Source: Candidatus Omnitrophota bacterium
GTDB taxonomy: Bacteria > Omnitrophota > Gorgyraeia > Zapsychrales > Zapsychraceae
Reading direction: 5' to 3'
Length of the DNA stretch: 56,864 nucleotides
Assembly (NCBI GenBank): GCA_018062515.1
Contig: JAGOSC010000007.1
Coordinates: forward strand, 1 to 56,864
The notes below the pieces were generated by a model. That model was not told the origin of the DNA and did no database searches. It worked only from the letters and a program-made list of their open reading frames with translations. Position 1 is the first letter of the stretch. Every line of letters begins with the position of its first letter. A program made the position numbers and the translations under genes. This document shows positions 1 to 8,956 of this stretch, one piece after another.

Positions 1-2
1 AA

Positions 3-629
3 AAAACATTCTCTTTACTGACCATGGTGGATAAAATAAAAGGTCAGGTAGTCGGTTATATTCATCTTTATGAAGTTGAAGAGGATGGTCAAAAGATATT
101 AACGGTTCCCGGTATAGAGCCGTCTGCAGAATTATTAGGAGAAGTTAAAGCCAGAGATTTATATCCGGATATGATTGCGGCGATTCAGGCGGTTGCAAAA
201 CAAGGCGGATATCAAGAAATTTATTTACCTGTCAGCGAAAATATTTTAAGTAATAGAAGTGATATACAAAAATTGGCAAAAAAAGCTGGTTATGAAAAGA
301 AAACTTTAGATGAAGCCATTAAATGGAATACTGTACCGGCAGCATATCCTTTTAAAGAAGTTTACGTGATTCCGATGGAATCGACTACAGATAACGCCAT
401 ATTTGGAGAATCATCTAAGGTCGGCGGTATTGATCTTAATCCAAATAAGCTGAAAATAGAAACACAAGGTGACGGAATTGACTTCAATACCCCTGTTGAT
501 CCGGCTACACTTCAATCCGTTGATGGATTCACACCGGTGATTATAAATATTGTTCCGACTAATTTGCCGCTTCTTTTGGGATTGGTGGATCAAGATGAAA
601 ATGCCGTCAGTATAAGTAAATTGAACTAG
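3..629 (+). CDS. Hypothetical protein, C-terminal part. The ORF is open to the left window edge.
   Basis: The frame is open from nt 3 with no stop before the ATG at 24. That ATG has no Shine-Dalgarno and is probably internal. No catalytic motif recognised. The C-terminal segment reads GGIDLNPNKL..GIDFN..PVIINIVPTNLPLLLGL. Stop TAG at 627-629. Confidence 0.5.
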   Translation, partial: KTFSLLTMVDKIKGQVVGYIHLYEVEEDGQKILTVPGIEPSAELLGEVKARDLYPDMIAAIQAVAKQGGYQEIYLPVSENILSNRSDIQKLAKKAGYEKKTLDEAIKWNTVPAAYPFKEVYVIPMESTTDNAIFGESSKVGGIDLNPNKLKIETQGDGIDFNTPVDPATLQSVDGFTPVIINIVPTNLPLLLGLVDQDENAVSISKLN

Positions 630-669
630 ACTAATCAGTTTCATAAACTTTTTGCGATCATAAAACTTG

Positions 670-678
670 TGTTATAAT
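670..678 (+). promoter_or_regulatory. Extended -10 promoter element TGTTATAAT
   Basis: TGn+TATAAT at 670-678. The ATG of the next ORF (687) lies only 8 nt after the -10 hexamer, and no SD lies between them. Confidence 0.45.
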
Positions 679-686
679 GCCGAATT

Positions 687-989
687 ATGGCTGAAAAATT
701 TATCCGCACGTATTCAAAGCTCGACCTAACCAAAATCAAATCGCAATTACTCATTTACGGCGACATATCTGGCGCCTGCGCTAACTGCAATAAAATCGAC
801 ATTAAAATCAATGAGCCTGTTTGTCCCGAATGCAAATCAGAATTTAAATATATATCTTTCCGTAATATCAAATCACATTTACCCAAACTTCAAATGTTAT
901 CCGCGCAGCGTCTCAGCGTGACAGTGATTGATTTTGATGACTATAAAAAAGAATTAGGAGCCTCGAAGGCTGAAGATTTTTTTAAATAA
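687..989 (+). CDS. Small zinc-ribbon protein (CxxC...CxxC), function unknown
   Basis: 100 aa. CANC(30-33) and CPEC(46-49) form a four-Cys knuckle pair. No other motif seen. Confidence 0.6.
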   Translation: MAEKFIRTYSKLDLTKIKSQLLIYGDISGACANCNKIDIKINEPVCPECKSEFKYISFRNIKSHLPKLQMLSAQRLSVTVIDFDDYKKELGASKAEDFFK

Positions 990-1015
990 TCAAATCATAT
1001 ATAAAGGAAATAAGA

Positions 1016-2161
1016 ATGATTAAGAAAGACCGTCTTGTTAAATTAACGCAAAATCTGATCCGCATTGACTCTTCTAATCCTCCAGGGCTGGAATTGGAAT
1101 GTTCGAAATTTATTGAAAAAGATATGAAGTCTTTAGGTCTCGAAGTTAAGACGGTCAGTTATGCCAAGGATCGCCCTAATGTTATTGCGACTTTAAAAGG
1201 AAGTTGGCCGCGAGCAAAGGCACAAAAAGAAGCCATTTTATTGACACCGCATTTTGATACGGTACCGACGGGAACGGGATGGAAATTTAAACCCTTCGGC
1301 GGACAGATTCATGATGGAAAGATTTATGGGCGCGGAGCCAGTGATGATAAAGGAAATACGGCGGCTTGTATGGAAGTGATTCGATCTCTCGTTGAGGATG
1401 GTGTGAAATTAAAAAAAGATGTCATTGTGGCCGCTACTGTCGACGAAGAATCCGGCTCACATATTGGGATTATTCCACTGCTTGATAAAAAAGTAGTAAA
1501 ACCAAGATTTGCCTTAGTCGTTGACTCGACGGAATATGATGCGATTATCGTCCAGAAGGGCGTTATTTTTTTAAGAGTGCAGATTTTCGGAAAGAAAGCG
1601 CATAGCGCTTATAATTGGCGCGGAGTCAGCGCCGTTGAGATTGCCGCGCGCTGCATTAACAATCTGACAAAGTTAAAATTTCCACACAAAAAACATAAAC
1701 TTCTTCATGCGCCAACCATTAATATGGGCGTTATTCACGGCGGTGATAAGGTCAATATGGTGGCGGATTTCTGTGAATTTACCGTCGATCATCGTTATTG
1801 TCCGGGAACAGATTATAAAGAACCGTTGAACATGATCAAAAAGGTGATTGCGAAAGAAGCCAAGGATTTTAAAATTCACATTGATGATTTACAAATGCCT
1901 TATGAAATAAAAGAAAATCATCCATTTCTCAAAAAATTTATGGAAATCAATAAGAAGGAAAAAACGCCGGCGAAGGTTAAGGGCAGTGAAGGGGCGACCG
2001 TCATTACTTTTTTTCAAAAACATGGTATACCGGCTTTCGCGACGGGTTGGGGAGCGCATGGAACGCTGCATGTGAATGATGAATATATCCGGATAAATGA
2101 CCTTTATAAAGGTACACAGGTCCTTGAAAAATATATTAAAGAATACGATAACTTAAATTAA
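1016..2161 (+). CDS. M20-family metallopeptidase/deacylase (ArgE/DapE-like)
   Basis: HFDTVP, GRGASDDKG and VDEESG metal-ligand motifs typical of the M20 family. 381 aa. SD AAAGGA upstream. Confidence 0.8.
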   Translation: MIKKDRLVKLTQNLIRIDSSNPPGLELECSKFIEKDMKSLGLEVKTVSYAKDRPNVIATLKGSWPRAKAQKEAILLTPHFDTVPTGTGWKFKPFGGQIHDGKIYGRGASDDKGNTAACMEVIRSLVEDGVKLKKDVIVAATVDEESGSHIGIIPLLDKKVVKPRFALVVDSTEYDAIIVQKGVIFLRVQIFGKKAHSAYNWRGVSAVEIAARCINNLTKLKFPHKKHKLLHAPTINMGVIHGGDKVNMVADFCEFTVDHRYCPGTDYKEPLNMIKKVIAKEAKDFKIHIDDLQMPYEIKENHPFLKKFMEINKKEKTPAKVKGSEGATVITFFQKHGIPAFATGWGAHGTLHVNDEYIRINDLYKGTQVLEKYIKEYDNLN

Positions 2162-2197
2162 GGTTTTAGTTTTTGGTTACTAAAAAAGGAAAACATC

Positions 2198-3121
2198 ATG
2201 AAACTTAAAGGCACGATTGTTTTTTCATCTGGAAAACATGGAGATTTTGATATATGGACCGTCAATCTCGAAGCCAACAATATAAAGCGGTTGACGACGG
2301 GGAATTATAATAATGATTGCCCGCGTTGGTCGCCCGATGGTTCTGAAATTGTATATTTGTCTACTCAGTCGCAGACACAGGAAATATGGCTTATGGACGC
2401 GGATGGAAAAAATCAAAGACAAATTACTAATGCGCAGAAACATCACAATACTCCGTCCTGGTCACCCGACGGCAAGAAGATTGTCTTTTGCGCGAATTAT
2501 GAAAATAATTTTGATATTTACACGATTAATAAGGACGGTTCCGGACTGGACAGAATAACTAATTATGAGGCGTCTGATTTTACGCCTGAATATTCACGGG
2601 ACGGCAAGAAAATTGTATTTACATCCAAAAAGTCCGGTAATGAAGATATTTGGATTTATGATGTCTTAAGCGGAAGAACCGAACAAATTACTAATTATAC
2701 GGGCCGTGATTACAGCCCGACATTTTCTCCTGACGGAAAAATTTTAGCTTATGTGTCCGGAGATTTAAATAAAGATGGCACGGAAAATCTGGAGATATTT
2801 ACTTTAGAATTGGAAACCAATAAGACTTATCAGATTACTAAAAATGGTCATGCAGATCGCTTTGTGCGATGGTCGCCCGATGGGAAATATTTAATTTATT
2901 GCGGCCAGCGTGGAGATGGATACGCTGAGCGATTGACCGTTTTGGAATATGCGTCTGGGAAATATCAAGAAGTACAGTTTAATCGAACTAAATTGGATGT
3001 CGAGATTGATTCCCATCCAATCGGATACGGCTTATTTGGGTTACTTCCGAAAGATATATTACGTCTGTTTCATCCCAATGATTTTTTTGGCACAGAACGT
3101 TTTCCAGATTGGAAATATTAG
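2198..3121 (+). CDS. PD40/TolB-like beta-propeller repeat protein (no signal peptide seen)
   Basis: Repeated (W)SPDGxxIV(F/Y) blades at least five times. SD AAAGGAAA upstream. Confidence 0.75.
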   Translation: MKLKGTIVFSSGKHGDFDIWTVNLEANNIKRLTTGNYNNDCPRWSPDGSEIVYLSTQSQTQEIWLMDADGKNQRQITNAQKHHNTPSWSPDGKKIVFCANYENNFDIYTINKDGSGLDRITNYEASDFTPEYSRDGKKIVFTSKKSGNEDIWIYDVLSGRTEQITNYTGRDYSPTFSPDGKILAYVSGDLNKDGTENLEIFTLELETNKTYQITKNGHADRFVRWSPDGKYLIYCGQRGDGYAERLTVLEYASGKYQEVQFNRTKLDVEIDSHPIGYGLFGLLPKDILRLFHPNDFFGTERFPDWKY

Positions 3122-3220
3122 CTGATTCATGGTCCGCGGTGAAAAATTTCAAACAACAAAACTACAAATTGATTTCTTGATTGGTTTATGCTTCAATAAT
3201 GGATTCATTTAGGAGAAATT

Positions 3221-4399
3221 ATGGCTTTACCAGATAAACATGGACATTTTGGAGAATTCGGCGGAAGATTTATGCCCGAAACTCTCATGGCTTTGCATGA
3301 AGAATTAACGGTCGTCTTTAATCAGATTAGAAAAGATCCCGCCTTCAAAAAGGAATTTCAAAATTATCTGACTGAATATGCCGGACGACCAACCAACCTC
3401 TATTACGCCGAACGTTTGAGCGAAAAGTTTAAAACATTAAAGATTTATCTCAAGAGAGAAGATCTTCTACATACCGGCGCGCATAAAATCAATAATACAT
3501 TAGGTCAAGTCTTAGTCGCCCGTAAAATGGGAAAGACAAGAATCATTGCTGAAACTGGCGCTGGACAACATGGAGTAGCCACAGCAACGGCCGCGGCTTT
3601 AATGGGTTTAAAGTGTGTGATTTACATGGGCGAAGAAGATACGCAGCGTCAATCCCTTAACGTTATCCGAATGAAATTGCTTGGTGCTGAGGTCATCCCC
3701 GTCACGAGTGGGTCAAAAACGCTTAAAGATGCAATGAACGAAGCTATTCGTGATTGGGTCACGAATGTGTCGAATACATTTTATATTATCGGTTCTGTCG
3801 CCGGGGCGCATCCTTATCCGCTCATGGTACGTGAATTTCAATCTGTTATTGGTAAAGAAGCTCGACGACAATTTTTAGCCAAAGAAAAAAAATTACCTGA
3901 TTATATTTTAGCTTGCGTGGGTGGCGGAAGTAATGCGATGGGATTGTTTCATGCCTTTTATGGTGATAAAAAAGTCAAAATGATTGGTGTTGAAGCAGCG
4001 GGTGAAGGCCTTCAAACCGCTCATCATTCAGCGCCGTTAAATATGGGTGATATTGGAGTCCTCCATGGAAGTAAAAGTAATTTGATGCAAACCGACGACG
4101 GACAAATCAAGGTTGCTCACTCCATCGCTGCTGGTCTCGATTATCCCGGCGTTGGTCCAGAACATGCTTATTATCAAAAGATCGGTCGAGCCGAATATGT
4201 CGCGATTGAAGATAAAGAAGCCATTGAAGGATTAAAATTATTATCACAAACGGAAGGCATTATTCCCGCGCTGGAATCATCGCATGCCATTGCTTATTTA
4301 TCCAAATTGGCTCAAAGAGTTAAAGGTAAACAAACAGTCATTGTCTGTCTTTCTGGCCGTGGAGATAAAGATGTGAATTTGATTAAGGAATTATTGTGA
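3221..4399 (+). CDS. trpB: Tryptophan synthase beta chain
   Basis: [12 protein letters not shown]-lysine motif and GGGSNAMG. 392 aa. SD AGGAG upstream. Confidence 0.97.
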   Translation: MALPDKHGHFGEFGGRFMPETLMALHEELTVVFNQIRKDPAFKKEFQNYLTEYAGRPTNLYYAERLSEKFKTLKIYLKREDLLHTGAHKINNTLGQVLVARKMGKTRIIAETGAGQHGVATATAAALMGLKCVIYMGEEDTQRQSLNVIRMKLLGAEVIPVTSGSKTLKDAMNEAIRDWVTNVSNTFYIIGSVAGAHPYPLMVREFQSVIGKEARRQFLAKEKKLPDYILACVGGGSNAMGLFHAFYGDKKVKMIGVEAAGEGLQTAHHSAPLNMGDIGVLHGSKSNLMQTDDGQIKVAHSIAAGLDYPGVGPEHAYYQKIGRAEYVAIEDKEAIEGLKLLSQTEGIIPALESSHAIAYLSKLAQRVKGKQTVIVCLSGRGDKDVNLIKELL

Positions 4400-5190
4400 A
4401 TAAAATTGAAGAAAAATTTTTGCTGTTAAAAAAGAGGAATAGGAAAGCTTTTATCGCTTTTTTAACAGCTGGTGATCCGGATTTAAAAACGACGGAAGAA
4501 TTGGTGCTCGGGTTTGAGAAAAGTGGTGTCGACATCGTCGAGATCGGGGTTCCATTTTCCGATCCATTAGCTGATGGAAAAACAATTCAGGCTGCGTCTC
4601 AACGCGCATTGGCTAAAGGTGTCACGACGGAGAAAGTATTTAAGCTGGTTCAAAGATTACGTTTAAAAACGCAAATTCCTATCGCTTTAATGATGTATTA
4701 TAATCCCATTTTTCATTATGGAGACGCTAAGTTTGTGGCTAAATGTAAAACCTGTGGTGTTGATGGGCTAATTATTCCTGATTTACCGCCGGAAGAAGCA
4801 AAAATTTTAAAGTCAGCGGCGGATGAACATGAAATAGCTACGGTATTTTTCATGGCCCCGACCACAACTCCGCAACGGATGAAGTTAATTTCTAATTACT
4901 CGACGGGATTTATTTATTTTGTTTCCTTAACGGGTGTTACCGGCGCGCGGACGGCCTTACCATCGTCGATCTCTAAACAAATTAAACAAGCCAAATCTAT
5001 CACCGATAAACCGATTTGCATTGGGTTCGGGATTTCGAATGCTACGCATGTCAAAGAAATGTCTAAGGTCGCCGACGGTGTTATCGTCGGAAGCGCTATT
5101 ATTAATGAAATCGTCGCTAATAAAGGAAAAAAAGATTTAGTTCATAATGTTTGTAAATTCGTAAAGCAATTAACTTCAGCAATTGAATAA
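4396..5190 (+). CDS. trpA: Tryptophan synthase alpha chain
   Basis: [13 protein letters not shown] signature. The GTG start overlaps the trpB stop (GTGA), which suggests translational coupling. Confidence 0.95.
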   Translation: MNKIEEKFLLLKKRNRKAFIAFLTAGDPDLKTTEELVLGFEKSGVDIVEIGVPFSDPLADGKTIQAASQRALAKGVTTEKVFKLVQRLRLKTQIPIALMMYYNPIFHYGDAKFVAKCKTCGVDGLIIPDLPPEEAKILKSAADEHEIATVFFMAPTTTPQRMKLISNYSTGFIYFVSLTGVTGARTALPSSISKQIKQAKSITDKPICIGFGISNATHVKEMSKVADGVIVGSAIINEIVANKGKKDLVHNVCKFVKQLTSAIE

Positions 5191-5194
5191 AAAT

Positions 5195-6463
5195 ATGTAT
5201 AAAACAGCCCAACTCAAAAATGGTTTAAGAATTATCACCCAGGAAATGAAAGACCGAGGAAGTGTGGCGATCGGTATCTGGGTCGGCGTCGGAGGGCGGT
5301 ATGAACAGGATCGTCTCAGGGGCGCTACTCATTTTGTCGAACATATTGTCTTTAAGGGAAGTCAAAAAAATAGCTGTGAGCAAATCAAAGAAAAGATCGA
5401 AGGTGTGGGCGGTTCATTAAATGCCTTTACGTCGGAAGAACAGACCTGTTTTTATGCCAAAATTCCTTCCCAGCATCTCACTCAAACGTTGGGTGTATTA
5501 ACCGATATGGTTTTTCATCCGAACATTAAAAAAACGGATGTCGTTAAGGAAAAAACGGTCATTATTGAAGAAATTAAGATGTATCATGACTTGCCGCAAT
5601 ATTTCGTTATGGAATTGCTGGATGGTTTACTTTGGCCGAATCACCCTTTGGGAAAACAATTAGCCGGCACCATGGAATCTGTGTCCGGCTTAACTGCTAA
5701 AGATCTGCAAAAATTTCATGAAACATATTATTTTCCGGGAAATGTGGTTATTTCAGCTTGCGGAAATCTTAATCATGAATCTTTTGTGAATCAAATCAAG
5801 AAAACATTGTCGTCGGTGAAGGGAAATGGCGAAATAACCTTTCAACCCTTTAATGAAGTTCAAAGCCAACCTAGAACACATTTTTTTAAGAAAGATATTG
5901 AGCAAATGCATTTGGCTCTTGGTCTGCCCGGATATCATGAAGATCATCCTGATAAATATGTTTTGACTCTACTGAGTATAATTTTGGGTGGAAATATGTC
6001 TTCCCGGTTGTTTGTTGAGGTCCGTGAAAAGAAAGGCCTGGCTTATTCCATCGGCAGCACACATAAATCGATGAGCGATACCGGTGTTTTTATGGTCCGC
6101 GCCGGAGTAGATAATGTGAAAATTGTCGACGCTGTGGATGTCATTTTAAAAGAATTTAAGAAGATTAAGTCCAAAGGTATCTTGCCTGGTGAATTCAAGC
6201 GGGCTAAAGATTATTTGATCGGACAAATTCAGCTTGGTTTGGAAGATACGATGGAGCATATGCTGTGGATTGGTGAATCTATGCTTTCGCGAAATAAAGG
6301 TAAAACGCTTGAACAGGTTATGTCTGAACTCAATAAGATAAAAATCAGCGACGTAGAACGCGTCGCCCAAGATATTTTGCAGGAATCCAGATATAATTTA
6401 GCTCTGGTCGGTCCCATTTCGCCAGAACAATCCAAAAAAATCGAAACTATTTTGAATATTTAG
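5195..6463 (+). CDS. M16-family (pitrilysin-like) zinc peptidase
   Basis: Inverted zinc motif HFVEH followed by a downstream E. The ATG at 5195 is preferred over the TTG at 5183, which overlaps trpA. Confidence 0.85.
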   Translation: MYKTAQLKNGLRIITQEMKDRGSVAIGIWVGVGGRYEQDRLRGATHFVEHIVFKGSQKNSCEQIKEKIEGVGGSLNAFTSEEQTCFYAKIPSQHLTQTLGVLTDMVFHPNIKKTDVVKEKTVIIEEIKMYHDLPQYFVMELLDGLLWPNHPLGKQLAGTMESVSGLTAKDLQKFHETYYFPGNVVISACGNLNHESFVNQIKKTLSSVKGNGEITFQPFNEVQSQPRTHFFKKDIEQMHLALGLPGYHEDHPDKYVLTLLSIILGGNMSSRLFVEVREKKGLAYSIGSTHKSMSDTGVFMVRAGVDNVKIVDAVDVILKEFKKIKSKGILPGEFKRAKDYLIGQIQLGLEDTMEHMLWIGESMLSRNKGKTLEQVMSELNKIKISDVERVAQDILQESRYNLALVGPISPEQSKKIETILNI

Positions 6464-6483
6464 CGGTAATCTAGAATTTTGAA

Positions 6484-6512
6484 TTGACAATGGAATATTT
6501 ATCCGCTAGACT
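6484..6512 (+). promoter_or_regulatory. Sigma70-type promoter candidate (TTGACA-17 nt-TAGACT)
   Basis: TTGACA at 6484-6489 and TAGACT at 6507-6512, about 40 nt upstream of the small ORF at 6552. Confidence 0.45.
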
Positions 6513-6551
6513 CTAGTTAACTTTAATTTTATAGAACCAAAAGGAGCAAAA

Positions 6552-6728
6552 ATGGCAGACGAATTATCGTTTTACGATGTAAAAACCAAGTCAAAATTCA
6601 ATACTTCTACTTATGAAGTCAGAGAAAAAAGCGGTCGATTTTTCGCTGTTTCAAAGTCTCCTAAAGGAACTCATGAATGCTGGAGAGTTCTTAGTAAAGA
6701 TCAAGCCACAAAAATGAAAAAGAAGTAA
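6552..6728 (+). CDS. 58-aa lysine-rich small protein, below the ORF-track cutoff; function unknown
   Basis: MADELSFYDVKTKSKFNTSTYEVREKSGRFFAVSKSPKGTHECWRVLSKDQATKMKKK. Strong SD AAGGAG at 6541-6546 with a 5-nt spacer. It has its own promoter candidate. Confidence 0.6.
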   Translation: MADELSFYDVKTKSKFNTSTYEVREKSGRFFAVSKSPKGTHECWRVLSKDQATKMKKK

Positions 6729-6905
6729 TATTCAATCTGAAGTGTCTAATTGACCTAAAGATTGTTCTAGTTATTTTTTCTAACATAATTATGTAATAGA
6801 AGGGCCTCTGCGATAAGAAAAGCTTCTTTATCTTCACGAATACTAGCTAAAAAATTTGCCGAAATTGCTGACGAGAAAAAAGCATCCGAGATTGTTATCC
6901 TCGAT

Positions 6906-7175
6906 ATGCGCAAGCTCGTCAATTTTTGTGATTTTTTTGTTCTTTGTTCCGGAAATACGGACCGTCAAGTCAAAGCTATCGCCGATTCAATGGATGATGG
7001 TCTTCATGAGATGGGAATTAAGCCGGCATCAAAAAATCCACGGGGAAATTCGCATTGGATTGTTTTCGACGCAGGGGATGTAGTTGTCCATATATTTGAG
7101 AAAAATATGCGTGAATTTTATAATCTTGAATATTTGTGGCAAGAAGCCAAAGTAGTGGATTGGAAGAATAAATAA
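6906..7175 (+). CDS. rsfS: Ribosome silencing factor RsfS. The coordinates give the ATG-delimited part; homology continues upstream.
   Basis: CDFFVLCSGNTDRQVKAIAD...HWIVFDAGDVVVHIF..R.FYNLEYLW matches the RsfS/YbeB family. The in-frame upstream stretch (..ILAKKFAEIADEKKASEIVILD) also looks like RsfS but holds no ATG/GTG/TTG. Confidence 0.85.
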   Translation: MRKLVNFCDFFVLCSGNTDRQVKAIADSMDDGLHEMGIKPASKNPRGNSHWIVFDAGDVVVHIFEKNMREFYNLEYLWQEAKVVDWKNK

Positions 7176-7193
7176 ATTTTGAGAAGCAAGGGA

Positions 7194-7263
7194 GTCACAA
7201 GGCACAACGTCACAGCCTTAAAAAAATTGAATACTCTGTGATTTGTGACTTGTGATTTTTTTT
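7194..7263 (+). terminator. Long imperfect hairpin plus T-run between rsfS and argS (terminator-like or regulatory)
   Basis: Left arm 7194-7215 (GTCACAAGGCACAACGTCACAG) pairs with right arm 7236-7256 (CTGTGATTTGTGACTTGTGAT). The loop is 20 nt. T8 at 7256-7263 abuts the argS ATG. Confidence 0.45.
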
Positions 7264-8937
7264 ATGTTAAATGTGATTAAAGAACAAATTGAAGAATTTT
7301 TTTTTGAAACTCTTTCATCCGCCTATCCCGATGTTAAAGATTGGCCGAAAATTGAGTTAGAAATCCCTGCCGATAAAAAACATGGCCATTTTTCCTGCAA
7401 TGTGGCTATGCGCATGGCCAAAGCATTTAAACAGCCGCCTCTGGCTACCGCCGAACGATTTAAAACAACGATTATTCAAACCTTAACCAAATCTAAGGTT
7501 AAAGATTATATTGATCAAGTGGAAGTTAAACATCCGGGATTTATTAATATCTTTCTCAAACCCCAGTCGATTGTCACTGTATTAAAAGAAATTTATGAGA
7601 ATGAGAAGACCTATGGATCTTTGACATTAGGACAAGGTCAAAAGGTTTGTATTGAATTTGTCAGCGCCAACCCGACGGGCCCGTTAAGTATAGCCCATGC
7701 CCGGCAAGCCGCTGTTGGTGATGCTTTGGGAAATGTTTTAAAGTACATCGGCTATGATGTGACCAAAGAATACTATGTGAATGATGGCGGGAATCAAATT
7801 AATATTTTGGGGCTTTCCATACAACTTAGATCCAAAGAAATACTCGGTGAGAAAATTGAATTCCCCGAAGATGGATATCAAGGCGAATATATCAAAGAGA
7901 TGGCACAACTATTTATGGATCAAAATCAAATTCGCACGATCAATGACTTAAATCAAGTTGAGGTCGGGAAATTCAAAAAGTTCGGCGTAGATTATTTGAT
8001 GGGCGTGATTGAAAAAGATTTAGAAGATTTTCACGTCCATTTTGATGTTTGGTCGAATGAATCTCAAATCGCGACGCGCGATAAAATTGAAGAAATGCTG
8101 GCATATCTCGGCGAAAAAGGTTTTCTATATGAAAAAGAAGGAGCGCTTTGGTTTCGATCGACAGATTTTGGTGACGACAAAGACCGCGTATTACAGAAAA
8201 GCGATGGTAGTTATACTTACATAACGCCAGACATTGTTTATCATAAAAATAAATTTGATCGTGGATTTAATAAAATCATCGACATCTTAGGCCCTGATCA
8301 TCATGGTTATATTTCGCGCCTGAAGGCCGCGGCCGAAGCCATGGGAAAGAATCGGGATGATTTGGAAGTGATGATTGTTCAGCTCGCTACTATTTTTCGT
8401 GACGGCCAAGCGATATCGATGTCGACTCGACGAGGACAATTTATAAGTTTGAGGGAAATTTTAGATGAAGTTGGAGCTGACGTGGCGCGTTATTTCTTCT
8501 TGATGCGGCATATCAAAGCTCATTTGGAATTTGATCTCGAATTAGCTAAAAAAGAATCGTCGGAAAATCCCGTGTATTATATTCAGTACGCATATGCGCG
8601 AATTAACAGTATTTATAAAAAAGCTAAGGAACAATCGATTTCCGCTGAGAAGAAAAATTTTGATTTATTAATTCTCGAGGAAGAACTTGAGTTGGTCCAA
8701 AATTTAGGACGATTCAGTGATTCTTTATTATTTTGTCATGATCAACTGGATCCTTATCCGCTTGGAAATTATTTATTTGAATTGGCTACCAGTTTTCACA
8801 AATTTTATGATCGTCATCGCGTGATTGAAGATAATAAGAAATTATCCGAACAACGGCTAGGTTTAGTTATGGCGACTCAAATCGTTCTGGCCAAAGGTAT
8901 GAGTCTTTTGGGAATTAGCCGTCCGGAAACAATGTAG
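7264..8937 (+). CDS. argS: Arginine--tRNA ligase
   Basis: SANPTGPLSIAH (HIGH region) and SMSTRRG (KMSKS-equivalent). About 557 aa. The ATG at 7264 is preferred over the GTG at 7252, which lies inside the hairpin/T-run. Confidence 0.95.
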   Translation: MLNVIKEQIEEFFFETLSSAYPDVKDWPKIELEIPADKKHGHFSCNVAMRMAKAFKQPPLATAERFKTTIIQTLTKSKVKDYIDQVEVKHPGFINIFLKPQSIVTVLKEIYENEKTYGSLTLGQGQKVCIEFVSANPTGPLSIAHARQAAVGDALGNVLKYIGYDVTKEYYVNDGGNQINILGLSIQLRSKEILGEKIEFPEDGYQGEYIKEMAQLFMDQNQIRTINDLNQVEVGKFKKFGVDYLMGVIEKDLEDFHVHFDVWSNESQIATRDKIEEMLAYLGEKGFLYEKEGALWFRSTDFGDDKDRVLQKSDGSYTYITPDIVYHKNKFDRGFNKIIDILGPDHHGYISRLKAAAEAMGKNRDDLEVMIVQLATIFRDGQAISMSTRRGQFISLREILDEVGADVARYFFLMRHIKAHLEFDLELAKKESSENPVYYIQYAYARINSIYKKAKEQSISAEKKNFDLLILEEELELVQNLGRFSDSLLFCHDQLDPYPLGNYLFELATSFHKFYDRHRVIEDNKKLSEQRLGLVMATQIVLAKGMSLLGISRPETM

Positions 8938-8956
8938 CCTTAAAGCAAAGCAATTT

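Noticed and set aside
3122-3220. Possible trp leader peptide or attenuator upstream of trpB.
   Set aside because: The only small ORF (ATG at 3129, 27 codons) contains no Trp codons, and I found no terminator/antiterminator pair.
6856-7083. 75-aa + strand ORF with a TTG start that overlaps rsfS.
   Set aside because: It is out of frame with the clear RsfS homology and has no family resemblance.
7176-7263. T-box riboswitch upstream of argS.
   Set aside because: The spacer is only ~88 nt, and the conserved T-box sequence, specifier loop and stem I architecture are absent.
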